Under the pieces are notes generated by a model. It searched no databases, had not been told where the DNA came from, and saw nothing but the letters and a program-made list of their open reading frames with translations. From positions 253,413 through 317,412 of the IMG/VR virus record IMGVR_UViG_3300014205_000001: a stretch of 64,000 bases of DNA. The stretch is one strand, 5' to 3'. Origin of the DNA: a virus (lineage: Duplodnaviria; Heunggongvirae; Uroviricota; Caudoviricetes). The translations under genes were made by a program, and so were the position numbers. This document shows positions 39,004 to 49,041 of the stretch, one piece after another; the stretch's first letter is position 1; each line of letters opens with the position of its first letter.

Positions 39004-40584
39004 ATGCAATTAAAATATTTAAAGGACCAAGAACGTGTTAAAATAATTCCTGAAACAAAAACAGAACTTCGAGGTATTAAACAATACCTCAATCGTCATG
39101 TCGATGGGTACATGCACACACCACGTTTTAAAATGAAATTGTGGGACGGACGTGAAACTGAATATCGTAGTGAAGATGACACGATACCTCTAGGTTTATG
39201 GAAAGAAGTTTTTAAATGTTGTGAAGATTTTGGGTACCCATTTAATTTTTTAAATAAAGATGAATTTCCTATTAACAGAGATGTTAAAAAGAAAGAATTT
39301 ACAGAATTTATTGAAAATTTCTTTAAAGGTTTTACATTAAAAGGTAAGAACTTTGAAACTCGTGAATACCAATTGCGTTGTGCAATTAATATTCTTAAAA
39401 ATCGTTATTGTAATATGCGAGTTGCAACATCAGGTGGTAAAACACTGATCTATGCAATGTACATGTTTTATTTATTATCCAAATATCCCAAATTTAAATT
39501 TCTTTTAATTGTACCTTCAACTACTTTAGTTACACAATTTTATGACGATATAATGTTATTCAATTGGGATAAAAAATTACATATCAATGCTCAGGAAGTA
39601 TTTGCTGAAGGTAATAAACCTCGTACTACATTTCCTGATGAAGAACCTAATTTTGTAGTAGGAACGTATCAGTCATTGGTCATGCAAAAGAAAGAATACT
39701 TTAAAAAGTTTCATTCAGTTACAGTTGACGAAGGGCATAAAGCAAAAGCTAATTCCTATAGTAAAATATTAAAACATACAGTTAATAACGCAAAATATCG
39801 TTGGGGGATGTCAGGTACCTTTCCTGAAGATATTAGTTACGAAATGATGAAGATTATGTCAGTAACTGGACCTGTAGTTGATCGTGTTACTGCACGGGAA
39901 TTAATTGATGCAGGTTATATTACAGATGTTCACATCAAAGGAGTATTAATGTATCATAATGATTACGAATTTGCAGATCGATTAGAAATTGTTGCAAGTA
40001 GAGATCGTAAAACATGTTATGACTTAGAATGTGAAAAATTACAACAATCAGAAGAACGATTGAATGTAATTAATAAAATTGTGAGTCAATGTAAATCAAA
40101 TACATTAGTATTGTTTCATAACGAAGATTATGGAAATAAGATTTTTGAATATTTGCAAGAACGTAATCCTGATAAAGTATTTCACTTTATTAATGGAGGT
40201 GTAAGTAACAGAAAACGTACACCTATTAAAGCTGATATGGAAAATACAGATAAAGTTCGTGTATTAGTAGCCAGTTTTGGTACCTTATCCACAGGTGTTA
40301 GTATTGATGCGATCACGAATGTGGTATTTTGTCAGAGTTTCAAAAAAGAACAAGTCGTAATACAATCAATAGGACGTGCTTTAAGACTCTTAGAAGGTAA
40401 GACTAAGGCGTATATCTTTGATTTAGTGGATATATTCAATCAAGATAATTATAATAAACAAAAATACCGTCCTTTTCAAAATGTTTTATTTAATCATTGG
40501 AACAAGAGAATGAAAATATATACAGAAGAGGACTATAAGTTCGACTATTTAGAAGTACAATTAAAAGAAAGTCATCAAATATAA
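39004..40584 (+). CDS. SF2 DEAD/DEAH-box DNA/RNA helicase (UvsW-like role possible)
   Basis: Motif I ATSGGKTLI, motif II VTVDEGHKA, motif V FGTLSTGVSIDA, motif VI QSIGRALR. Confidence 0.8.
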   Translation: MQLKYLKDQERVKIIPETKTELRGIKQYLNRHVDGYMHTPRFKMKLWDGRETEYRSEDDTIPLGLWKEVFKCCEDFGYPFNFLNKDEFPINRDVKKKEFTEFIENFFKGFTLKGKNFETREYQLRCAINILKNRYCNMRVATSGGKTLIYAMYMFYLLSKYPKFKFLLIVPSTTLVTQFYDDIMLFNWDKKLHINAQEVFAEGNKPRTTFPDEEPNFVVGTYQSLVMQKKEYFKKFHSVTVDEGHKAKANSYSKILKHTVNNAKYRWGMSGTFPEDISYEMMKIMSVTGPVVDRVTARELIDAGYITDVHIKGVLMYHNDYEFADRLEIVASRDRKTCYDLECEKLQQSEERLNVINKIVSQCKSNTLVLFHNEDYGNKIFEYLQERNPDKVFHFINGGVSNRKRTPIKADMENTDKVRVLVASFGTLSTGVSIDAITNVVFCQSFKKEQVVIQSIGRALRLLEGKTKAYIFDLVDIFNQDNYNKQKYRPFQNVLFNHWNKRMKIYTEEDYKFDYLEVQLKESHQI

Positions 40585-40585
40585 T

Positions 40586-40810
40586 ATGGAAGCAAAGAAA
40601 ACATTTACAGTATCATATTTAATACCTATTGGTGAAAAATATTTACTCGATGAAAACGATCCTGATTCGTTTCATCAATTAACTCAGATTGAAAATACAC
40701 AACATGATATAATTTATTATGAATCGTGGAAGTCTTATTTGAAAAAACTTGGCAATAGAGTACCCACAAAACAAGAATACAATAATTGGATATGTGGTCT
40801 ACCGAACTAA
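40586..40810 (+). CDS. hypothetical small protein
   Basis: 74-aa ORF. Confidence 0.35.
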   Translation: MEAKKTFTVSYLIPIGEKYLLDENDPDSFHQLTQIENTQHDIIYYESWKSYLKKLGNRVPTKQEYNNWICGLPN

Positions 40811-41451
40811 TACAAATATACGATCGTCATTTAGAAAAAGGATATGAATCAATTTTTAAATTGAGTCCTTACTACGAAAATCAGCAAGGTTTACGTCGTG
40901 CAAATTTGCCTTTTGAATATACTATTGCTGAACAAGAAGCAATGAAAAACAATACACATCCATTATATCGTTATGGTGGTACAATGAATCAGCATCATCA
41001 TTTACACAATAATAATTATGTAGCTACTAAATTTTCTGTCTTAGATCGGAAATTATATGCTGCATTTATATTAGATTTTGTATGTAGATATGTAGATAGA
41101 ACAATTGTTGTTGCAGGTGACGAAAAATTTTATAAAGTTTTTTTAGAAACTTATCGATTAGTTCCCATGTATATGAAACCTGGAATTAAGATATGCAATA
41201 AAGATTCAATGATTTTTGATAATGGGAATGCAGTATATTTTCGTCCTTATTCAGATAAAATAATTAGTGGAATAACACCCAACGTTTTAATTATGTTGAA
41301 TTTTGATACCAATCGTTATCATTCACATTTGGAAAAAGTAATTTATCCTACAATGTTTGCACTTTCGAATCGTAAAGTTATTCTACATTCTGAAACAGAT
41401 ATTAATCCTAAGTTGTACGACATTAAGAAATTTACAAATTTGATTATTTAA
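40786..41451 (+). CDS. hypothetical protein
   Basis: 221-aa ORF. Confidence 0.4.
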   Translation: MDMWSTELIQIYDRHLEKGYESIFKLSPYYENQQGLRRANLPFEYTIAEQEAMKNNTHPLYRYGGTMNQHHHLHNNNYVATKFSVLDRKLYAAFILDFVCRYVDRTIVVAGDEKFYKVFLETYRLVPMYMKPGIKICNKDSMIFDNGNAVYFRPYSDKIISGITPNVLIMLNFDTNRYHSHLEKVIYPTMFALSNRKVILHSETDINPKLYDIKKFTNLII

Positions 41452-41466
41452 ACATATAATTGTAAC

Positions 41467-41703
41467 ATGCACCAGATAGATATGAATCACTTCGAATCAA
41501 ATTGGACAGTAGAATATGAATGTATTAAACTTGTTACCAATTTAATGTTACTCAGTATGAATCGTAGTAATATGGAAAAAATATCAGAAGCTGATTTATC
41601 TTCTGAAACAATGCAATATATTAAATCTGAATACTTAGGTCATTGTTTGATTTTAGGTGAAAAAATCAAACACGAACTACATAAAAATTACCGTCTTAAT
41701 TAA
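41467..41703 (+). CDS. hypothetical small protein
   Basis: 78-aa ORF. Confidence 0.35.
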   Translation: MHQIDMNHFESNWTVEYECIKLVTNLMLLSMNRSNMEKISEADLSSETMQYIKSEYLGHCLILGEKIKHELHKNYRLN

Positions 41704-42536
41704 TGAAGAACACATCTGATTACAAAATTACAAACATCGTAGCCGAATTTAAACAAAAATCAATCAAAGATAAAGATACATTCTTTAACCTTTTATTGCG
41801 TCTTAAACAAAGTTTAGAATTTAATTCCACAATTGATTGGTCAACTCTATACCAAGAAATGAGTGCTACATATAAAAATTATCGTCCTTTTTATGCTTCA
41901 GGTCGTTACACCGAAGAAAATATCGACCCTACAACATTTCCACCGAATGCCAGATTTGTATTTGGTAGTAATGATAAAGGTGAACATATTGGAGGTGCAG
42001 CAAAGTTTGCAGTAGATAATTTTGGTGCCATTTGGGGACAAAGTGAAGGTTTACAAGGTCAATCCTATGCAATACCTACATTATATTTTAATGACGATGA
42101 TATTTTAGATAAATTAGATATTATTGACATTGAAGAATCTATCAAAAAATTAATTAATTGTGCATTAGACAATCTTGATTTAGAATTTCATGTCACAAAA
42201 ATTGGATGTGGAATTGCTGGATTTGAAATTAAAGAAATCACATCATTATTTAAAGGAATGTTAATTCCTGAAAATGTAATTCTACCCAAAGAATTTGTTA
42301 ATCCACAAATGTATGAAGAATATTTGTATAATGCTGAACGTAAAAAATTCTTCCATGTTATCAATCCCAATCACGTAATCGTTGCATCAGTTGATGAAGA
42401 AGATATTTGCATTCGTGACATTAAAATGGAAGATGTTGTGAGTCATTTAGGCGATGAATGTGTAACGTGCGAAAAAGATGATTTTTTATTAGCATCTGAA
42501 CAAATTATTAAGAAACTTTATGGAGACAAAAAATAG
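41703..42536 (+). CDS. hypothetical protein with Gly-rich Rossmann-like motif
   Basis: ARFVFGSNDKGEHIGGAAKFA..FGAIWG pattern reminiscent of SLOG/DprA-type nucleotide-binding loops. Unassigned. Confidence 0.4.
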   Translation: MKNTSDYKITNIVAEFKQKSIKDKDTFFNLLLRLKQSLEFNSTIDWSTLYQEMSATYKNYRPFYASGRYTEENIDPTTFPPNARFVFGSNDKGEHIGGAAKFAVDNFGAIWGQSEGLQGQSYAIPTLYFNDDDILDKLDIIDIEESIKKLINCALDNLDLEFHVTKIGCGIAGFEIKEITSLFKGMLIPENVILPKEFVNPQMYEEYLYNAERKKFFHVINPNHVIVASVDEEDICIRDIKMEDVVSHLGDECVTCEKDDFLLASEQIIKKLYGDKK

Positions 42537-42774
42537 ACCTTTATTGATCATCCCACCTCAATTTTCTTCATTTGAAGAAATGTTCAATAGTCAACAGTAC
42601 AAAGATTTTTTAGAATCGGAAGAAGTTGCTGATATTTATATTCAGCAATATACTGATCGTATGCAAGGTATTCCACAAACTAAAGATGAATATACTATTT
42701 TAGTAGGGAAGTGTAACGAACCTTCGATTTTAGAAAAATTTATTGTAACTCACGGCGGACAAAAAATTGGATAG
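42520..42774 (+). CDS. hypothetical small protein
   Basis: 84-aa ORF. Confidence 0.35.
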   Translation: METKNRPLLIIPPQFSSFEEMFNSQQYKDFLESEEVADIYIQQYTDRMQGIPQTKDEYTILVGKCNEPSILEKFIVTHGGQKIG

Positions 42775-42798
42775 TAATTTCATTTATCATTTACTATA

Positions 42799-42810
42799 CA
42801 TATAATTGTA
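42799..42810 (+). promoter_or_regulatory. conserved motif CATATAATTGTA (copy 2)
   Basis: Exact 12-mer ending 1 nt before GTG start of 42812 ORF. Confidence 0.5.
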
Positions 42811-42811
42811 A

Positions 42812-43348
42812 GTGCTTCAAATAGAAACTATATTAGAATTTGACCCACCTCACTTAATTAAAAAACATGAAGTGCAAGGTGAATGGAAGAAAACAGCCAT
42901 TTGCAATGTAGGTGACGATATTGACCAATACTATTCTTGGTTTTTAAAGAAACGTTTTAATCTCAGTTTAATTAAACCGATGCGTGGCAGTCATATTACT
43001 ATCATTAATGATAAGTTGTACGACGAGCAAAAATATCTGCAAGCCAAACAAATATTTAATGGTAAAAAAATAGTATTTGATTACGACCCTGCTGAAATAC
43101 GTGGTGGTATTAATCCTAAAGGTGAAGGTTTTTGGTGGCTGAAAGTATATAATACTGACATCGAAGCAATTCGTGAATTTGCAGGTTTGAATCGCAAACC
43201 TTTTTTTAACTTACATTTAACTTTGGGTGCTGTTCAACAAGAATGGAAAAAAGGAATTAAAAATGGTCCGCCACCTTTAGAAGATATTCAAATACATCAA
43301 TTACATTCGGAATATATTGTCCGTCAAATGATAAAATTCGGTTTATGA
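42812..43348 (+). CDS. hypothetical protein
   Basis: 178-aa ORF, GTG start. Confidence 0.45.
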   Translation: MLQIETILEFDPPHLIKKHEVQGEWKKTAICNVGDDIDQYYSWFLKKRFNLSLIKPMRGSHITIINDKLYDEQKYLQAKQIFNGKKIVFDYDPAEIRGGINPKGEGFWWLKVYNTDIEAIREFAGLNRKPFFNLHLTLGAVQQEWKKGIKNGPPPLEDIQIHQLHSEYIVRQMIKFGL

Positions 43349-43653
43349 AAACAAAAGATAACTTTTTAGAAAATACTCCTGAAGCACTACACAATGTATT
43401 ATTGAAGATTGAAAAACTTCCAAAAAGATATTGGATTTCACAAATCAATGATGGTGATGGTGTGTGCATGCGTGTAAAAATAGGTCGTGGAATGTTCGAT
43501 GAATTACGTGTACATTCACCCCATGCTGCTAAATCATATTTAGTATCAGCTTATAAACAGATACAAACTGCAGGTAAGGGTGGAATATTAGAAATAATAT
43601 TAATTGAAGACAATTGGACAGGTGAAAATATCGGTGTAATAGAATTATTTTAA
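43345..43653 (+). CDS. hypothetical protein
   Basis: 102-aa ORF. Confidence 0.4.
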   Translation: MKTKDNFLENTPEALHNVLLKIEKLPKRYWISQINDGDGVCMRVKIGRGMFDELRVHSPHAAKSYLVSAYKQIQTAGKGGILEIILIEDNWTGENIGVIELF

Positions 43654-43669
43654 AAACAAAACAAATAAA

Positions 43670-44413
43670 ATGGACACAACAGTAAAAAGTATCGACCTTC
43701 GCAAGGGTGTTATTCAGCAAATCGCTGCAAATAAAAATATTGCTGGATTACGTGCACAAGTAGTACTTGTATTGGACCGTAGTGGTTCAATGGAGTCATT
43801 GTATAATTCAGGATTCGTTCAACGTTTATTAGAACGTTTAGTTCCTGTAGCAATGCAATTCGACGACAATGGTGAAATGGAAATGTACCTATTTCAAAAC
43901 AATTGTGTAAAACACGATAAAAACATTAACGAAAAAAATGTTGACGGATTAATTAATCGTGAGATCACTGAACGTAAATACAGTTACGGTGGAACTGCAT
44001 ACGCACCACCAATTCAACAAATCGTAAAAGATTATGTTCGTCATGAAACAATCGAAAAGAAAGGTGGATTTTTTGGATTCGGTAAAACAACAACCAACAC
44101 CAACATTACAAGTACTGACCCTGTGTATGTGATTTTTATCACTGACGGAGAAAACAGTGATCGTACAGCTGCAGAAAACGCAATTAAAGAAGCATCTAAA
44201 TTTGGTATCTTCTTCCAATTCGTGGGAATTGGAAATGCAAAATTTGCATTCCTTGACCAATTAGATACAATGGAAGGACGTACTGTGGATAACGCAAATT
44301 TCTTTCAAGCAAATGATCTTGACAAATTAAGTGACGAAGATTTGTACGGACGTTTACTTGCTGAATTTCCTGAATGGGTGCAAAAAGCACGTCAACTTTC
44401 AATCATTAAATAA
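43670..44413 (+). CDS. von Willebrand factor A (vWA) domain protein
   Basis: MIDAS DxSxS in VLVLDRSGSM. Downstream T (GGTAY) and D (FITDGENSD) motifs in canonical order. Confidence 0.7.
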   Translation: MDTTVKSIDLRKGVIQQIAANKNIAGLRAQVVLVLDRSGSMESLYNSGFVQRLLERLVPVAMQFDDNGEMEMYLFQNNCVKHDKNINEKNVDGLINREITERKYSYGGTAYAPPIQQIVKDYVRHETIEKKGGFFGFGKTTTNTNITSTDPVYVIFITDGENSDRTAAENAIKEASKFGIFFQFVGIGNAKFAFLDQLDTMEGRTVDNANFFQANDLDKLSDEDLYGRLLAEFPEWVQKARQLSIIK

Positions 44414-44416
44414 GTA

Positions 44417-45499
44417 ATGTCAAAATTCATTCTTAATTCATTTGAAAAAAGTCTATTAATTGACTGGTTCAATGAAAAAAATAACGAAAAGTATTATGCT
44501 TCAACATCCACTGGTGATGTTGAAGCAATAGTCGATGAGTATGATGATGATGTTACAGTCTGTTTTGATGCTTTAGGTAAATATAAAACACAATTAGGTT
44601 ATAGACTATCTACGACTATTTCTATTAAAGAAGAATATTTAACTGTAAAAGAATTTGAACATATTATTAATCGCCGTGTATCAGATAAAGGAAAACGGTT
44701 GTTACCACCAATAGTAAATCAGTCTATTGTTTTACACGATGCAGATAATTATAATCGTCTTGAAACAATTGCTGATGAATCAATCGTTGTGATTAAATAC
44801 TTCAACAAACGTGAAGATTATTCAGAATTATTGTCAATGACAGTAGGTAAATATTATATTGCACGAAAACGAATTGGGAGTTCAGGTTTACAATACGAAT
44901 TATTATCTCTTAATTCTTTTGAAAGAAAAGGTACAGGAATCATTGCAGTTAATGCTGATAAAAATCGTTTTCTTGAATTAAAAATAAAAGGATATGTAGG
45001 TAGAAATAATTTTAGTTCTGGAAACGATACTTTATTTCCTATTGTGCATGATATGTGTGACAATGTTATTTTGGATGTCTTTGAAGGTAAACTGATAAAA
45101 TATGAAGCACAACCGTTGATATTATGCAGGTATCGTTTAGCAGAAGTATTAAATCAATTATCAGAAGTAAGATTAAAAGGAACCTTTTTCGTTGAGCATT
45201 TAATCAGAAAATTTAATGTAAGGACTGGATGTGCTACTGGTAGTAGTTATGAAGATCATTTACAAACGGAAAGAAATTTTGAATATTTACAACATCAGAC
45301 ACATCGGCAAACAAATCCACCAGCATATCCTATGATTATGATTAATCAGCGTGATGGTGAATATAACGTGAACTTAATTGTAGATGAATTTGAACGTGTA
45401 CAAAAATTAGAATCAGCAATATTAAAAAATCATCCTAAACAAAATAACCATAAAACAGACTTACAATGTGGAATGGATTTAAACTTTTTATTAATTTAA
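44417..45499 (+). CDS. hypothetical protein
   Basis: 360-aa ORF immediately after the vWA gene. Confidence 0.45.
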   Translation: MSKFILNSFEKSLLIDWFNEKNNEKYYASTSTGDVEAIVDEYDDDVTVCFDALGKYKTQLGYRLSTTISIKEEYLTVKEFEHIINRRVSDKGKRLLPPIVNQSIVLHDADNYNRLETIADESIVVIKYFNKREDYSELLSMTVGKYYIARKRIGSSGLQYELLSLNSFERKGTGIIAVNADKNRFLELKIKGYVGRNNFSSGNDTLFPIVHDMCDNVILDVFEGKLIKYEAQPLILCRYRLAEVLNQLSEVRLKGTFFVEHLIRKFNVRTGCATGSSYEDHLQTERNFEYLQHQTHRQTNPPAYPMIMINQRDGEYNVNLIVDEFERVQKLESAILKNHPKQNNHKTDLQCGMDLNFLLI

Positions 45500-45519
45500 T
45501 CACTAAAAAAACAAAAACA

Positions 45520-45786
45520 ATGTCAAAACTAATCGACATCCTGAAATCAAGTAAGGAAAACGGCGAAGCTAAACAATTAGATCGTCAAGCTAAACAAGCT
45601 AACATTAACACTCAACAAGAAATTTTGGACATCCAAAATCAAATTGAGCAATCTGATGCTAAAATCGAACAAGTAATTTTAGCAAATCCATTTTCTGCTT
45701 CTAAATTATACGAAGCCAGAATGAATAAGGAACTATTGGAACGTAAATTAAAAGCCGTCCAAAGTATCTTAGCAGAATTGTTTTAA
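45520..45786 (+). CDS. hypothetical coiled-coil protein
   Basis: ATG at 45520 chosen (first ATG after upstream stop). Gln/Lys-rich heptads. Confidence 0.4.
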   Translation: MSKLIDILKSSKENGEAKQLDRQAKQANINTQQEILDIQNQIEQSDAKIEQVILANPFSASKLYEARMNKELLERKLKAVQSILAELF

Positions 45787-45792
45787 GACGTT

Positions 45793-45824
45793 GCCAGGAA
45801 AGTAAACATACTTGCTTTCCTGGC
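45793..45824 (+). terminator. 10-bp hairpin (gccaggaaag / ctttcctggc) without T-tract, abutting a TATAAT variant
   Basis: Perfect inverted repeat. Followed directly by CATATAATTAAC and ATG 45836. Confidence 0.4.
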
Positions 45825-45835
45825 ATATAATTAAC

Positions 45836-46159
45836 ATGCAAAGAAACGAAAAGACGTTATGGGAAATATTACAAAATTATTTTTGTAAACAACCCAATAA
45901 TTTATTTAAAGGTCAGGTAGGTATTTATCATTACATTTGGGCTACAGATACTATCCACGAAGATAGTCACGGAATGAAATATGACATTTACGCAAAAGTA
46001 AAAATCGCAGAAATTTATAAAGATTTAGTAGAAGTTGAAAGTGTTGATATAAAAATAAATGATTCTGCAAGTCAGGAAGTTATTAATATCATTAAAAACA
46101 ATTTTCCTAAATATGTTAATCCTAAATACGTAAAATGGCAGTTAGAAAAACAAAGTTAA
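45836..46159 (+). CDS. hypothetical protein
   Basis: Start moved to first ATG (track start 45812 is TTG inside the hairpin). Confidence 0.4.
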   Translation: MQRNEKTLWEILQNYFCKQPNNLFKGQVGIYHYIWATDTIHEDSHGMKYDIYAKVKIAEIYKDLVEVESVDIKINDSASQEVINIIKNNFPKYVNPKYVKWQLEKQS

Positions 46160-46500
46160 AAGAACCTGTTTCTTTCGAAAAAGAATATAAGAGAATCGGT
46201 AAAATCAATCTTAAAAAAGGTGTTACACCTGCTTTAGGTTTGTGTAAATTATTTGAAGAAGCTGGTGAACTTGCACAAGCCGTGAATGTACAGATTGGCA
46301 TTAAAAATGGCGATCCGAAACTCATTGTTGCAAATGTGAAAGAAGAATGTGCTGACGCGATGCAAAACATTATGTCAATTGCGAATTTATTTAAGATTAA
46401 ACCACAAGAACTTTTAGGTGAACTATTCCTTAAAAACGAAACGTGGGATAAAATAAAAAGAAAAGCTGACCCAAAAAAGGCGAAAGTGAAACATGATTAA
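46135..46500 (+). CDS. mazG: MazG-like nucleoside triphosphate pyrophosphohydrolase
   Basis: ALGLCKLFEEAGELAQA ... EECADAMQNI matches the MazG/HisE ExxE...ExxD four-helix metal-binding pattern. Confidence 0.65.
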   Translation: MAVRKTKLKEPVSFEKEYKRIGKINLKKGVTPALGLCKLFEEAGELAQAVNVQIGIKNGDPKLIVANVKEECADAMQNIMSIANLFKIKPQELLGELFLKNETWDKIKRKADPKKAKVKHD

Positions 46501-47020
46501 TATGAAACTGAAACTAATAATTGCTGTAGATAAAAACGGAGTAATGGGTGACAAAAATAAGTTGCCTTGGAAACTAAGTGACGATTTAAAGCAATTCAAA
46601 CAAGAAACATCAAATTCACCTCTTATTATGGGGTCTAATACATTTAATTCACTTCCTGGTATATTACCTAATCGTGAACATATTGTATTGAGTCGTAACA
46701 TGGAAGGTAATAAACACATGAGTGTTTTTACATCGATTAAAAATGCAATGGATTATTTAGCTGAAACTGAATATCAACATGCATTTGTAATTGGGGGCGC
46801 TAATGTTGTAAAGCAATTTGCGCATTTTAATATGTTTGATGAACTTATCATTACACATGTTAACTGTAAAATTAAGGGTGACACAATTTTAGATTTAGAC
46901 GATGATTTAAAATTAGAAAATTGGGACATTTATCGTTCCACTGAATACAAAAAATCTGACAAGAATCAGTATGATTTTGTAGTTAATCGTTATGTTAAAA
47001 AGAAAAAACGTTTTTATTAA
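46493..47020 (+). CDS. folA: dihydrofolate reductase
   Basis: LKLIIAVDKNGVMG..KLPWKLSDDLKQFK..PLIMGSNTF. Canonical DHFR N-terminal motifs and size. Confidence 0.85.
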   Translation: MINMKLKLIIAVDKNGVMGDKNKLPWKLSDDLKQFKQETSNSPLIMGSNTFNSLPGILPNREHIVLSRNMEGNKHMSVFTSIKNAMDYLAETEYQHAFVIGGANVVKQFAHFNMFDELIITHVNCKIKGDTILDLDDDLKLENWDIYRSTEYKKSDKNQYDFVVNRYVKKKKRFY

Positions 47021-47304
47021 TGAAAATTTCAGAATTAGAAAAAATATTAGCATTTGTACGTGAAAAACATGGAGATGTTGAAGTCTTGATTGAAGAATCA
47101 GGAATGGGTGGGTATGCAATGCATACAATTAATGTAAATGATCGCATTAATGAAATGGAATTAAGTTCATTAGACGAAAATGATGATGAAGATATAAAAA
47201 AGCAGTTATTCCCAAGTTGGGATGGTACAGAAGAAACCATTGATGATGTCCCATCTTTAAAGTATTTTGAAATTGGTATGGGTACTTTCTTATTTGCTAC
47301 ATAA
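47020..47304 (+). CDS. hypothetical acidic protein
   Basis: 94-aa ORF. Confidence 0.4.
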   Translation: MKISELEKILAFVREKHGDVEVLIEESGMGGYAMHTINVNDRINEMELSSLDENDDEDIKKQLFPSWDGTEETIDDVPSLKYFEIGMGTFLFAT

Positions 47305-47305
47305 A

Positions 47306-47449
47306 ATGGAAAATTTACCTGAAGGAATGAAAGCTGATCGTGATAATATAGTTTATTACGATACTGAAAAAGAACAATTTTACATTATACAATGGGAAGA
47401 TACTGGTAATGGTGATCGACCTACACGATATTATATTAATAAAAAATAA
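47306..47449 (+). CDS. hypothetical small protein
   Basis: Start set to ATG following upstream stop. Confidence 0.3.
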   Translation: MENLPEGMKADRDNIVYYDTEKEQFYIIQWEDTGNGDRPTRYYINKK

Positions 47450-47460
47450 ACAAAAATAAC

Positions 47461-47664
47461 ATGAGCTCACAAAAAGTACAAGCATCCCGTAATGGTTTAG
47501 GCCTGGGAACAATTCTTTTCTTAATTTTCTTAGTATTGAAATTAACTAATACTATTACATGGTCATGGTTATGGGTTACTGCACCTTTATGGATGCCAGT
47601 TGCGATAATCGTAGGTGTGATGATTGTTATTTTCATACTTGCCTTAATTTTCAATAAAAATTAA
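47461..47664 (+). CDS. small two-helix membrane protein (holin-like candidate)
   Basis: 67 aa, two hydrophobic spans flanked by charged ends. Confidence 0.45.
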   Translation: MSSQKVQASRNGLGLGTILFLIFLVLKLTNTITWSWLWVTAPLWMPVAIIVGVMIVIFILALIFNKN

Positions 47665-47680
47665 TGCGATTGAAAAAAAG

Positions 47681-47692
47681 CATATAATTGTT
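47681..47692 (+). promoter_or_regulatory. conserved motif CATATAATTGTT (copy 3)
   Basis: TATAAT 6 nt before ATG 47695. Confidence 0.5.
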
Positions 47693-47694
47693 AT

Positions 47695-47925
47695 ATGAAA
47701 CAAAGTTTAGAACTTAGGATTGAAATCAGTGGTACGATTGAAGCTGATCTTGAAAATCGTAAATTAGATTTACTGACGGGAATTGCAAAAGCACTTAAAG
47801 AAGTTCAAAGTAATTCTCGTCAATATGACGGAAGTGGTAGAGTTACTATCAAAAGTTCCTTTGCGTCTAATCTTGATTTGTTTAAAGAATTACCTAATAG
47901 TTTACAAAACGAAAACGAAAATTAA
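47695..47925 (+). CDS. hypothetical protein
   Basis: 76-aa ORF. Confidence 0.4.
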   Translation: MKQSLELRIEISGTIEADLENRKLDLLTGIAKALKEVQSNSRQYDGSGRVTIKSSFASNLDLFKELPNSLQNENEN

Positions 47926-47927
47926 AT

Positions 47928-49019
47928 ATGGGAAGCTGGTCAGTATACTGTGGCATCAGTCAAATTGCTATCACCTCAGGACATAAATGTGTCCTATTAC
48001 CGTTAAATCCACAAAAGTATCAGCATTATACTTATCAAACTCATTTACCTGCTACGCTTCCAATTTTTGGTACGTATGACGATTACGGTGGATTAGAAGA
48101 TATTGAAAAAGATGCGAATACAAAATTAATCGAAGAACATTTCAAATGTTCCATTGAAGATTTTTGCCAATTTTTTACAAGAGGTTGCATCCGTGATGAT
48201 GAAGATGATTTCCCGAAACAATTAAAGGAAGTTAAAGAAATGGAAAATTGGCAGTTCATGTTCATTGATCGCCAAGTATATGATTTCATGACAAGTCACG
48301 TAGATAAAAATACTAAAGGTGATCATGATTTTGGTAGAAAAGAAATTCTAACTTTATTAGGATTTGAATTTGTTCGTGAAGATGTTACGAAGAAAGGTAA
48401 TAAATGTTACGACCCAACACGTTATAAATACATTTGGAAATATGGAGAGAAAGAATTTCAAAGTGATGGGTCATATTTACATTGTGGTAAAGAATTAATT
48501 TATAACTTTAAACATTTATTGAATTTAATCCCTGATTTTCCAGAAGATAAAAAATGGATAGGTGAAAAAGCAGGTCATCAAATTTGGGAATATTTAAAAC
48601 CTAAAACGCAACAAGAAAAATTATCCTATATCCTAACAGGAGAACATTATTCAAGTATGGGTAGTTTTCTAGATGATTTTACTGACGAACAAATAGAACA
48701 ACTTTTAAAAGTTTCAGATGATGAAACTGTAAGTCCTGACCAAGTTGCAGCAATAAAAAGAACTATTGAAAAAACTAAAAAGAAAAATAGTAGTTTGCAG
48801 AAAAAGTATTTAGCTGATATTAAAACATTCGGTCAATATTTATCTGATTTAGTTTCGATGTTACAGAATTTTCATCCGATGTCAGGACATTTTGCACCTT
48901 ATGTTAATTATCTAACTCCTCAATGTGGTGAGCATCGTATGCATCAAACAATTTTAGAAAAGTTTGCGGAAATCAATAAAACATATATTGAAGAATACGA
49001 AGAGGACGATGAAGAATAA
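47928..49019 (+). CDS. hypothetical protein with acidic tail
   Basis: 363-aa ORF ending EEYEEDDEE. Confidence 0.5.
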   Translation: MGSWSVYCGISQIAITSGHKCVLLPLNPQKYQHYTYQTHLPATLPIFGTYDDYGGLEDIEKDANTKLIEEHFKCSIEDFCQFFTRGCIRDDEDDFPKQLKEVKEMENWQFMFIDRQVYDFMTSHVDKNTKGDHDFGRKEILTLLGFEFVREDVTKKGNKCYDPTRYKYIWKYGEKEFQSDGSYLHCGKELIYNFKHLLNLIPDFPEDKKWIGEKAGHQIWEYLKPKTQQEKLSYILTGEHYSSMGSFLDDFTDEQIEQLLKVSDDETVSPDQVAAIKRTIEKTKKKNSSLQKKYLADIKTFGQYLSDLVSMLQNFHPMSGHFAPYVNYLTPQCGEHRMHQTILEKFAEINKTYIEEYEEDDEE

Positions 49020-49041
49020 TTTTCAAAGTAAAAAAATTATT

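Noticed and set aside
45793-45835. Treating the hairpin at 45793-45824 as a canonical intrinsic terminator
   Set aside because: Perfect 10-bp stem but no following T-tract. It may still pause or terminate, but is flagged as uncertain.
43257-47654. Numerous short minus-strand ORFs (43257-43469, 43949-44260, 46423-46719, 47436-47654 and others) opposite the + gene array
   Set aside because: All lie antisense within well-supported + strand genes and have skewed Phe/Leu/Ile/Ser composition
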